Virus record (IMG/VR): IMGVR_UViG_3300020161_002680
Location: 1 to 30,009 of that record
DNA length: 30,009 nucleotides
DNA from: a virus
Lineage: Duplodnaviria > Caudoviricetes
Reading direction: 5' to 3' (one strand)
The position numbers were made by a program, and so were the translations under genes. This document shows positions 11,032 through 19,284 of this stretch, one piece after another (within the stretch, counting starts at the first letter, position 1; every line of letters begins with the position of its first letter). The notes under the pieces are model-generated. The model made no database searches. It was not told the DNA's origin and was given only the letters and a program-made list of their open reading frames with translations.

Positions 11032-12036
11032 ATGTTTGGATATTTTTATCACGAAATAATAAGAAAAACAATTATTGCATTTGGAACTCTTTTTAATGAC
11101 ATTAGTATTCATCATGTCAATGATCAAGGAGACATAGTATCAAAAATAAAAGTTCCATTGGCATATGGACCTATACAAAAATTCTTAGCTAGAATAGAAC
11201 AAGTACCAGATTTAAATAAACCAGTTCAGATAACATTACCTAGAATGTCATTTGAATTGGTTGGTGTATCTTATGATTCAATGAGAAAACTTCCACCAAC
11301 TCAATCTTTTGTAACATGTGGTCCGGGAAATCAAACAATCAGAAAAGTATATTCTCCGGTTCCATATAATTTAAATTTTGAACTAGGAATAATGACAAAA
11401 TTAAATGATGATATGTTACAAATTATTGAGCAAATTATTCCATATTTTGGTCCAAATTATAATTTAACAGTAGATTTAGTCAAAGAAATTGGAGAAAAAA
11501 GAGATATTTTAGTGGTTCTGGATAATATTTCAATCACTGATAATTATGAAAGAGATTATACCGAACGGAGAGTTTTACTTTATACTTTAAAATTTACTGT
11601 AAAAGTTCTTTTCTTTGGTCCAGTACCATCTGCACAAACTACAGCATCAGAAATTATCAAAAAAGTTTCTCTTGGTTTCGTCAGTGGTTCTGCTGGATCC
11701 ACAATAAAAGATCTTACTTCTTCTGCTGAACCTCGTGCAATTAAAAATTACACCGGAATTATAACAACAACTACAACAAAAGATGTAAGTCTTGAAGATT
11801 TTGAAGTAGTTGTATCGGATGCAACTAATATATTCGTAGATACATATATAGAAATAAATGGAGAAGAAATGTACGTTTTATCCAAATCTACAAATACACT
11901 TAAGGTGAAAAGAGGACAGGATGAAACTACAATATCTTATCATGTTTCTGGTTCTGATGTTAAAAAAATCACCGAGGCAGATAACTTACTGATTAAGCCA
12001 TATGATAATTTTGGCTTCACTGGATCTATAACATAA
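11032..12036 (+). CDS. gp15: Tail sheath stabilizer / tail terminator gp15 with C-terminal extension
   Basis: YFYHEIIRKTIIAFGTLFNDI, VPLAYGPIQKFLAR, TLPRMSFE, QIIEQIIPYF; synteny. Confidence 0.93.
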   Translation: MFGYFYHEIIRKTIIAFGTLFNDISIHHVNDQGDIVSKIKVPLAYGPIQKFLARIEQVPDLNKPVQITLPRMSFELVGVSYDSMRKLPPTQSFVTCGPGNQTIRKVYSPVPYNLNFELGIMTKLNDDMLQIIEQIIPYFGPNYNLTVDLVKEIGEKRDILVVLDNISITDNYERDYTERRVLLYTLKFTVKVLFFGPVPSAQTTASEIIKKVSLGFVSGSAGSTIKDLTSSAEPRAIKNYTGIITTTTTKDVSLEDFEVVVSDATNIFVDTYIEINGEEMYVLSKSTNTLKVKRGQDETTISYHVSGSDVKKITEADNLLIKPYDNFGFTGSIT

Positions 12037-12048
12037 AGGTATTATACA

Positions 12049-12483
12049 ATGACTAGTAAATTTAACAAATTGAAAGAAACTTTTAATGTCCAAGATGCGG
12101 AGGTAGTTTCAAGTGAGGTTGAATTGCCAGTAGAAAAAGTTGAAAAAATTACATCATTAGTTGATGACATAAAGAGAGATTATGAGTATACTCGTGGGAA
12201 CTTATACTCTATTATCGAAAAGGGACAACAGGCATTAAATGGAGCATTAGAAAAGGCGCAAGAGACAGAATCTGCTAGATCTTATGAAGTTGTAGGCCAA
12301 TTAATTAAAACAGTATCTGATGCAACCGATAAATTAATTGACTTACAGAAAAAACTAAAAGATTTGGACGAAAAGCCACAAAAGGGACCCACCAATGTTA
12401 CAAATGCTCTTTTTGTTGGATCAACTGCAGAATTGACAAAATTATTAAATAATCAAATGAAAAATAGCGATGATCCTAAATAA
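12049..12483 (+). CDS. gp16: Terminase small subunit gp16
   Basis: DYEYTRGNLYSIIEKGQ, RSYEVVGQLIK, NVTNALFVGSTAEL; synteny. Confidence 0.92.
   Translation: MTSKFNKLKETFNVQDAEVVSSEVELPVEKVEKITSLVDDIKRDYEYTRGNLYSIIEKGQQALNGALEKAQETESARSYEVVGQLIKTVSDATDKLIDLQKKLKDLDEKPQKGPTNVTNALFVGSTAELTKLLNNQMKNSDDPK
12476..12482 (+). promoter_or_regulatory. Putative late promoter (558-aa gene and gp17)
   Basis: CTAAATA overlapping the gp16 stop, about 23 nt before the ATG. Confidence 0.6.
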
Positions 12484-12505
12484 TTATTAGGTATTTTTAG
12501 CAATT

Positions 12506-14182
12506 ATGGGAAAACAAATAAGAGAAGGCAAGGACGAAGAAGGTGGAATGGCTAAAGTAGAAATTGATTCTATAGAAAGAGCTATTAAAAATTTAAAAAA
12601 GAAAATTAATAAACCAGATCAGCAACTTCCTGCTTGGGTTCAATCAAAAATAACTAGAGCTGCCGATTATATCAATAGCGCATCTCAATATCTCATGAGT
12701 GGAGAAGAGTTGGATGAAAATAAGAGCATTAGTTTTGAGATTAATCGAAACAAACAAAATCAATCACAGCCACCACAAAATCAATCACAGCCACCACAAA
12801 GGACAGAAAGAGCCAGAACGCCAGCACAAGTTGCAGCAAGTAACGAATTTCGTAGAAAATTACACGATAGAATAAAAAATGATAAAGATCCACAATTCCA
12901 AAAAATGATCAGTGATATACGAAGAGTGGGTGGAGATATAGAAGCAGCAAATCAGAAACAGCAAGCAGCAAATCAGAAACAGCAACAGCAAACAGCACAA
13001 AAAAAAGGTCCACAATTACCACAAATACAAAAAGAACAAATCAGTCTTGCAGATAAAATTCTCGAAGAGATGGGTTGTGGCTGTGATAAAATGAAATCTC
13101 ACAAAACACCGGAACAAATTGCAAAAAAGCACAAAGTTCCAGTCGAAGAAGTACTAAAGCAACTTAAGGCTGGAACTAAAGTAGAATTTGAACATACTAA
13201 TAGTAAAAAAGAAGCGGAAGCAATTGCACTACAGCACTTAGACGAAAGGCCAGATTATTATAATCGTTTGAAGAAAGCAGAAGCTACTAATGAAAATGTA
13301 ACTGTTACTGATATGTTTGGTAATGTTACTTATGAATTCATAGATTTAATCAAACCAGATCCTATTGTAACTGAGGCAAAAAGGAAAAAAATGAAGGGTG
13401 AAGATCCTTGCTGGAAAGGATATGAAATGGTAGGGAAAAAAAAGAAAGGAGGTAAGGAAGTACCAAATTGTGTTCCAGTTAATGAGTTTTTAAGTCCAGT
13501 ACAGCAATTTCAAAATGTACCTCCGGCTACTAATAAAGCTTTAGAAATTGACAAAAAAATCCAAAAACTTAATTTAGATAAACAAAAACAAAGCCAGAAA
13601 ATAAATCAACAACAAAGAAGAGGAAATCTCCCATATTCGGGTGCAACTGGACTACCAACTATGGAAGAAGAAGTAATTCCTACCAGAAATGGACAGGTAA
13701 TGCTTGTTACTGTTCTTTGGAGAGGAAAATATCTTGGAATTCAAATGTTCTTCCCTCAAACAAGAATTCCAAATAGAAGTGACGTTCAGGATGCTGTAGA
13801 TAAAATTTATCCAGAAGGAAGAGTGATTACTTATAAGCTTGGTATATTAAAACAAGATATGCCACTGATCCAGATTCAAAATTCTCCATCTAAAAATTAT
13901 AAATTAAATTCTGGAATCATTGGTGAAGAGTTTATTGAAGAGGAAGGTCCAAGTCTTTCTGTTGGTAGAGGAGAAAAATTATCGGTAGAAGCAGGTGGAG
14001 GACTAACAAAAAAAGGAAGAGAACGTTATAATAGAGCTACTGGATCTAATCTTCAAGCACCAGTTACTGGGAAAGTTAAGCCCGGAAGTAAAGCAGCAAA
14101 ACGTCGTAAAAACTTCTGTTCTAGAAGTAGAAGTTGGACAGGACCAAGAGGAAAGGCTGCTAGAAGACGTTGGAAGTGCTGA
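12506..14182 (+). CDS. Modular hypothetical protein, possible internal head protein (DUF5661-like and DUF6321-like modules, PCWxGY module, Gln-rich linkers)
   Basis: Modules LPAWVQSKITRAADY, KVEFEHT...IALQHLDERPDYY, DPCWKGYEMVG...VPNCVP and GGLTKKGR...RRKNFCSR...ARRRWKC, separated by Q-rich or E-rich spacers. It has its own late-promoter-like motif. DUF names are from recall. Confidence 0.75.
   Translation: MGKQIREGKDEEGGMAKVEIDSIERAIKNLKKKINKPDQQLPAWVQSKITRAADYINSASQYLMSGEELDENKSISFEINRNKQNQSQPPQNQSQPPQRTERARTPAQVAASNEFRRKLHDRIKNDKDPQFQKMISDIRRVGGDIEAANQKQQAANQKQQQQTAQKKGPQLPQIQKEQISLADKILEEMGCGCDKMKSHKTPEQIAKKHKVPVEEVLKQLKAGTKVEFEHTNSKKEAEAIALQHLDERPDYYNRLKKAEATNENVTVTDMFGNVTYEFIDLIKPDPIVTEAKRKKMKGEDPCWKGYEMVGKKKKGGKEVPNCVPVNEFLSPVQQFQNVPPATNKALEIDKKIQKLNLDKQKQSQKINQQQRRGNLPYSGATGLPTMEEEVIPTRNGQVMLVTVLWRGKYLGIQMFFPQTRIPNRSDVQDAVDKIYPEGRVITYKLGILKQDMPLIQIQNSPSKNYKLNSGIIGEEFIEEEGPSLSVGRGEKLSVEAGGGLTKKGRERYNRATGSNLQAPVTGKVKPGSKAAKRRKNFCSRSRSWTGPRGKAARRRWKC
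12754..12800 (+). repeat. In-frame 21-bp tandem duplication (QNQSQPP x2)
   Basis: acaaaatcaatcacagccacc repeated exactly twice, plus a partial third copy. Confidence 0.9.
12942..12985 (+). repeat. In-frame 21-bp tandem duplication (AANQKQQ x2)
   Basis: aagcagcaaatcagaaacagc repeated exactly twice. Confidence 0.9.
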
Positions 14183-14207
14183 TTTTTTTTAATTTATAGG
14201 ATTTTTT

Positions 14208-14582
14208 ATGGCTGAAGAATATTATTTGGGTAATCCGCTTCTAAAAAAAGCGAATACCCCAATTGAATACACAGAAGAACAATTTTTAGAAATGGCAAAA
14301 TGTGCAAAAGATCCTGTATATTTTGCCAAAAATTATATTAAAATTGTAACTCTTGACCATGGATTGCAGCAATTTCATATGTATCCATTTCAGGAAAAGA
14401 TGCTATCTTCTTTTCATGACAATAGATTTAATATAGCAAAACTCCCACGGCAGAGTGGCAAATGTTTTGATATGAATACTATTGTTAAAGTGAGAAATAA
14501 ACTCACAAATGAAATTATTGAATTGACCGTTGGGGAACTTTATGAAAAAATTGAGAAAGAAAACAATTCTAATTTGCCTTGA
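14208..14582 (+). CDS. gp17: Terminase large subunit gp17, N-terminal fragment (85-aa N-extein plus 39-aa split-intein N part)
   Basis: YLGNPLLKKAN, KCAKDPVYFAKNYIKIV and AKLPRQSGK (first half of Walker A), followed by CFDMNTIV (intein block A) and a TGA stop. Confidence 0.92.
   Translation: MAEEYYLGNPLLKKANTPIEYTEEQFLEMAKCAKDPVYFAKNYIKIVTLDHGLQQFHMYPFQEKMLSSFHDNRFNIAKLPRQSGKCFDMNTIVKVRNKLTNEIIELTVGELYEKIEKENNSNLP
14463..14579 (+). mobile_element. Split intein, N fragment (IntN, 39 aa)
   Basis: Starts with Cys1 immediately after the Walker A GK. CFDMNTIVKV matches block A and is followed by IELTVGELYE, typical of intein N-termini. Confidence 0.88.
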
Positions 14583-14625
14583 TTGTGAGAAAGAAATAAA
14601 ATGTTTGGAATTTTTAAATGAATAA
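14542..14625 (+). pseudogene. 27-codon mini-ORF bridging the two gp17 halves; probable remnant of a deleted endonuclease gene
   Basis: MKKLRKKTILICLDCEKEIKCLEFLNE* in the third reading frame, with GGGGAA upstream and a CxxC motif. It overlaps the IntN stop and the IntC start. Confidence 0.5.
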
Positions 14626-14962
14626 ATTTATAGAAGAGCAACTTAGTAATAACTGGGAAATTGAAACTCCATCTGGATGGCAATCCTTTGATGGTGTAGC
14701 AAAAACAGTAAAATTTCAAGAATGGTCAATTAGAACGGAATCAAATAAACATTTAATTTGTGCGGATAAACACATATTAATAAATGAAAATTGGAATGAA
14801 ATTTTTTGTGATCAACTAAAAATAGGAGATTTTATACAAACAAAAGATGGAAAAGAAAAAGTTGTTTCTATAGAAATATTAGATAAACAATCAAACATGT
14901 ATGATTTGATTGATGTTGATAATGGGAACATATTCTACAGTAATGATATCGTATCTCACAAC
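14618..14962 (+). mobile_element. Split intein, C fragment (IntC, 115 aa; no endonuclease domain)
   Basis: IETPSGWQSFDGV, block B ICADKHIL, QLKIGD, block F MYDL and block G IVSHN followed by Ser+1. Confidence 0.9.
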
Positions 14963-16360
14963 TCAACAACAGTAGTATCATATCTTCTACATTATGCGAT
15001 ATTCAACCACAATGCGAATATTGCGATTCTAGCCAACAAAGCGTCAACTGCAAGAGATTTACTCGGACGTTTGCAAACTGGATATGAAAATTTACCCAAA
15101 TGGTTACAGCAAGGAATTTTATCTTGGAATAAAGGATCACTAGAACTAGAAAACGGATCCAAGATATTTGCCGCATCCACTTCTGCATCATCTGTTCGAG
15201 GTAGTACATATAATATCATATTTTTGGACGAATTCGCATTCGTTCCCAATCAAGTTGCAGATTCGTTCTTTAGTTCAGTATATCCAACTATTACTTCAGG
15301 AAAATCTTCAAAAGTTATTATTGTTAGTACCCCAAAAGGATTAAATCATTTTTATAAATTATGGGATGAAGCAAAGAAAAAAATAAACAGTTATATTCCT
15401 ATTGAGGTATTTTGGACTGATGTTCCTGGTCGTGATGAGGAATTTAAGAGAACCACAATCGCCAACACTTCGGAGAGTCAATGGAGACAAGAATTTGAAT
15501 GCGAATTTTTGGGTTCAGTTGATACTCTAATTTCTGGAGCAAAATTAGCAACATTAGTTCAACAAAGACCAAAAAATTCAAATGCTGGATTAGATGTTTA
15601 TGAAGATCCAATAGAAGACCACCAATATGTAATTACTGTAGATGTCGCAAGAGGAGTGGAAATAGATTACTCTGCGTTTGTTGTTTTTGATATTACAGAG
15701 TTTCCATATAAAGCAGTTGCAAAATACAGAAAAAATGACATAAAACCAATGATGTTTCCGTACATAATCAGAGAATCCGCCAGGGCATATAACAATGCAT
15801 ACTTATTATGTGAAGTAAATGATGTCGGAGATCAAGTCGCATCTATATTACAATATGAATTAGAATATCCAAATGTATTAATGTGCTCACAAAAAGGAAG
15901 AGCGGGACAAGTCGTTGGTCATGGATTTTCGGGCAAAAAAACTCAATTGGGAGTAAAAATGTCAAGAGCAGTCAAAAAAGTTGGCTGCCTAAATTTGAAG
16001 ACAATAATAGAAGACGAGAAATTAACCTTTAATGATTATGATATTATATCAGAATTAACTACATTTGTACAAAAAAGCGGATCATTTGAAGCAGAGGAAG
16101 GATGTAATGATGATCTCGCAATGTGTCTTGTAATTTTTGCATGGTTAATATGTCAAGATTATTTTAAAGAATTAACTGATAATGACATAAGAAAACGTTT
16201 ATATGAAGAAAAGCAAGATCAATTAGAGCAAGACATGGCTCCTTTTGGTTTCTTTTCTGATGGAGTTACAGATGAATCAACTTTTGTTGATAACGAAGGG
16301 ACATTATGGAAAACAGATGAATATGGTGACATGTCATATATGTGGCAATATAATTTTTAA
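14618..16360 (+). CDS. gp17: Terminase large subunit gp17, C-terminal fragment (115-aa split-intein C part plus 465-aa C-extein)
   Basis: After SHN the sequence resumes STTVVSYLLHY. It has Walker B IIFLDEFAF, coupling motif IIVSTPKG, and nuclease motifs VDVARG and GCNDDLAM. Confidence 0.93.
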   Translation: MNKFIEEQLSNNWEIETPSGWQSFDGVAKTVKFQEWSIRTESNKHLICADKHILINENWNEIFCDQLKIGDFIQTKDGKEKVVSIEILDKQSNMYDLIDVDNGNIFYSNDIVSHNSTTVVSYLLHYAIFNHNANIAILANKASTARDLLGRLQTGYENLPKWLQQGILSWNKGSLELENGSKIFAASTSASSVRGSTYNIIFLDEFAFVPNQVADSFFSSVYPTITSGKSSKVIIVSTPKGLNHFYKLWDEAKKKINSYIPIEVFWTDVPGRDEEFKRTTIANTSESQWRQEFECEFLGSVDTLISGAKLATLVQQRPKNSNAGLDVYEDPIEDHQYVITVDVARGVEIDYSAFVVFDITEFPYKAVAKYRKNDIKPMMFPYIIRESARAYNNAYLLCEVNDVGDQVASILQYELEYPNVLMCSQKGRAGQVVGHGFSGKKTQLGVKMSRAVKKVGCLNLKTIIEDEKLTFNDYDIISELTTFVQKSGSFEAEEGCNDDLAMCLVIFAWLICQDYFKELTDNDIRKRLYEEKQDQLEQDMAPFGFFSDGVTDESTFVDNEGTLWKTDEYGDMSYMWQYNF

Positions 16361-16379
16361 CACGAAAATGCATATTTTG

Positions 16380-16386
16380 CTAAATA
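16380..16386 (+). promoter_or_regulatory. Putative late promoter (gp18)
   Basis: Intergenic CTAAATA upstream of the AGGAG Shine-Dalgarno. Confidence 0.65.
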
Positions 16387-16422
16387 TTTTTTAGATAAAC
16401 TGAGATTTCAGGAGAAAAAATA

Positions 16423-18600
16423 ATGGCGACTCCTCAATTGTCTCCCGGCATAATTAGCCGTGAGGTTGATTTAACTGTTGGAAGAGCTGACAATATTATT
16501 AACAATGTCGGAGCAATAGCCGGTCCATTCCCAACTGGTCCAGTTGATGAAGTTACCGATATTACAACTGAACAAGAGTTAATAAACGTATTTGGTACCC
16601 CACAGACTACAGATGGTCAGTATGAGTATTGGATGAGTGCATCTAGCTACCTTTCATATGGTGGAGCACTCAAGGTAGTCAGAACTGGCGATGCAGATTT
16701 AAGAAATTCTGCTGCAACGGGAATAGGTACTACTACCAATAATATAATTGGAATTGGCACAACCAATACAATAATAAACAATTATCAAGACTACAACGAT
16801 AAATTCACAGATGATGCCAGTGCAAATTGGTCATTTGCTGCAAAATATCCTGGTTCATATTTTAATGGAGTAAAGGTTGCCATAATTGATAATTATGCTG
16901 ATCAGACCATTGGAATTGGAACCACAATAGCAGTAAATAATGGCGCAATAGTTGGTGCTGCAGTTACTACTGCAATTACTAATATCACATTGCCAGGAAT
17001 CACCACTACATCATTTACTGGATATGTAAAGGGAATTGTAGTTGGCGTAACTACTTCAATTGATACTACAACAACTAGTGTTGACATAAAAATTATATCC
17101 AGAGTTTCCAGTACAGGAACAGAAACTTTAATTGATTATGCAGAAAGCACAAGAGGAAATTCATTTGCTGCTAACGATAATGTTGGATTTGGTACAGTTG
17201 GTACCGCAATTACCGCAACAACTGCAGTAGATTGGTACAATCAACAAACAATTGGCTCAAGCTATGGCACCACATATTGGAAATCTATTGCACCAAAGCC
17301 AGTAAGTACAAATTATGCACTAGAAAGAAATGGCGATAATGATGCAATTCATATTGCTGTAATTGATGATAGCGGTTCAATCACTGGAGTAAGAGGAAAT
17401 CTATTAGAAAAGCATCTATTCTTATCAAAAGCAATTGATGCAGTTTCTAATGTAAGCTCCCCACAGAAGATATGGTGGAGAAATTATCTTGCACTGTATT
17501 CTTCATACATTTATGGTGGAAAAATACAACCAACCACTCCAGGTGGATTTGAGGTTGTTAGTGGATCAACTTCTACTAATACTGCAACAAATAAACTGTG
17601 GAATCAGGATGCATTAAATGTAACTTTTAACTCGATTGGAAATCAAACAGTTACTTTGGGCAGCGGAGTAGATTACACAGCTAACGGTGGACTGGCAGCT
17701 ACATTAGGTAGTTTATATACTTCATATCAATTATTTGCAAATAAAGATAATGTTTCAGTTGATTATCTAATCATGGGACCAGGATTGTCTAATGAAGTTG
17801 ATAGCCAAGCTAAGGCAATTCAACTAATCTCTATTGCAAACGAAAGAAAAGATTGTATTGCCTTTGTTTCACCACATAGAGCAAATGTAATCGGTTTAAC
17901 CGACACCACAACTCAAACTAATAATATAGTTAGATTCTTTAATGGGATAAGTTCATCTTCATACGCTGTATTTGATTCTGGATATAAGTATACATACGAT
18001 AGGTTTAATAACTTATTCAGATATATTCCATGTAATGCCGATATAGCTGGATTGATGGTAAGAACTGCTATTAATTCATATCCATGGTTCTCTCCTGCTG
18101 GACAAGAAAGAGGCGTACTCAATAATGCAATTAAACTTGCATATAGCCCCAACAAGGCACAAAGAGACACTCTATATTCAGCTAGAGTAAATTCCGTTAT
18201 TAATCAGAATGGAATAGGAATTATTCTCTTTGGAGACAAGACCGCTCTATCTTATGCCTCAGCATTTGATAGAATTAATGTTCGTGCATTGTTCTTGGTA
18301 GTTGAGCAAGCACTCGAAAGAACAGGCCAAGCTCAACTATTCCAACTTAATGATTCATTAACTAGATCTAACTTTGTTAACATTGTTGAACCATATCTTC
18401 GTGATGTTCAAGCAAAACGTGGATTATATGACTTCAGAGTAGTTTGTGATGAATCAAATAATACTCCTGATATTATAGATAATAATGAATTCAGAGCTGA
18501 CATTTATCTTAAGCCAACAAAATCTATCAATTATGTTACCTTGACGTTTGTTGCTACCAGAACTGGAATCAGTTTTGAAGAAGTTACAGGAAGAGCCTGA
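16423..18600 (+). CDS. gp18: Tail sheath protein gp18
   Basis: LSPGIISREVDLT, YPWFSPAGQERG, FGDKT, FDRINVR, IYLKPTKSINYVTLTFVATRTG; AGGAG Shine-Dalgarno upstream. Confidence 0.96.
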   Translation: MATPQLSPGIISREVDLTVGRADNIINNVGAIAGPFPTGPVDEVTDITTEQELINVFGTPQTTDGQYEYWMSASSYLSYGGALKVVRTGDADLRNSAATGIGTTTNNIIGIGTTNTIINNYQDYNDKFTDDASANWSFAAKYPGSYFNGVKVAIIDNYADQTIGIGTTIAVNNGAIVGAAVTTAITNITLPGITTTSFTGYVKGIVVGVTTSIDTTTTSVDIKIISRVSSTGTETLIDYAESTRGNSFAANDNVGFGTVGTAITATTAVDWYNQQTIGSSYGTTYWKSIAPKPVSTNYALERNGDNDAIHIAVIDDSGSITGVRGNLLEKHLFLSKAIDAVSNVSSPQKIWWRNYLALYSSYIYGGKIQPTTPGGFEVVSGSTSTNTATNKLWNQDALNVTFNSIGNQTVTLGSGVDYTANGGLAATLGSLYTSYQLFANKDNVSVDYLIMGPGLSNEVDSQAKAIQLISIANERKDCIAFVSPHRANVIGLTDTTTQTNNIVRFFNGISSSSYAVFDSGYKYTYDRFNNLFRYIPCNADIAGLMVRTAINSYPWFSPAGQERGVLNNAIKLAYSPNKAQRDTLYSARVNSVINQNGIGIILFGDKTALSYASAFDRINVRALFLVVEQALERTGQAQLFQLNDSLTRSNFVNIVEPYLRDVQAKRGLYDFRVVCDESNNTPDIIDNNEFRADIYLKPTKSINYVTLTFVATRTGISFEEVTGRA

Positions 18601-18632
18601 TAATTATTAACTAACAAAAGGAGAATTTACAG

Positions 18633-19256
18633 ATGTCTACTTTAAGAACTATTTCTGGATTCAAGTCAAAGCTAGCTGGTGGCGGCGCAAGATCCAATCT
18701 ATTCGAAGTTCAAATTCCAACTTTACCAGATGCAGTAAAAGCAGGATGGGAAGCGGAAGATTTCAGTTTTTTATGTAAAACTGCAGCCCTACCTGCATCA
18801 AATATAGGTTCCGTTGATATACCATTTAGGGGTCGTACTTTAAAGGTTGCTGGAGACAGAACTTTCGATCCTTGGACTATAACTATTATTAATGATGAAA
18901 ACTTTAAATTAAGAACTGCATTTGAACAATGGGCAAATCATATAAACAAACTTGAAAATGCCACTGGTGCAACAAATCCAGGATCATATATGGTCGATGC
19001 GTTTGTACATCAACTTGGTAGAGGTGCAAATTCAAAAAGAGAATCTGAAACCAATGATTCAGCATCAACTAATTCTACTGCAATTACACCATTGAGATCA
19101 TATAAATTTTATGATATTTTTCCAACTGCTATTGGTCAAATTGATCTTTCATATGACAGCGCAGATGAAATTGAAACCTATACTGTAGAGTTCCAAGTTC
19201 AATATTGGACAGCGGGAGAAGGTACAGCAGATCAAACTGGAGTAGTAATTAGCTAA
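18633..19256 (+). CDS. gp19: Tail tube protein gp19
   Basis: GGGARSNLFEV, LPAS...PFRGRTLKVAGDRTFDPWTITIIND, FPTAIGQIDLSYD; AGGAG Shine-Dalgarno. Confidence 0.96.
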   Translation: MSTLRTISGFKSKLAGGGARSNLFEVQIPTLPDAVKAGWEAEDFSFLCKTAALPASNIGSVDIPFRGRTLKVAGDRTFDPWTITIINDENFKLRTAFEQWANHINKLENATGATNPGSYMVDAFVHQLGRGANSKRESETNDSASTNSTAITPLRSYKFYDIFPTAIGQIDLSYDSADEIETYTVEFQVQYWTAGEGTADQTGVVIS

Positions 19257-19262
19257 TAAATA
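19256..19262 (+). promoter_or_regulatory. Putative late promoter (gp20)
   Basis: ATAAATA at the gp19 stop, 22 nt before the ATG. Confidence 0.65.
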
Positions 19263-19284
19263 GTACAAGTAAAATAAATTAATA

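Noticed and set aside
14540-14630. gp17 break as a sequencing frameshift, pseudogene or group I intron
   Set aside because: Both sides carry intact intein splice motifs exactly at Walker A. An in-frame TAA precedes the second ATG, so two errors would be needed, and 35 nt is too short for a self-splicing intron.
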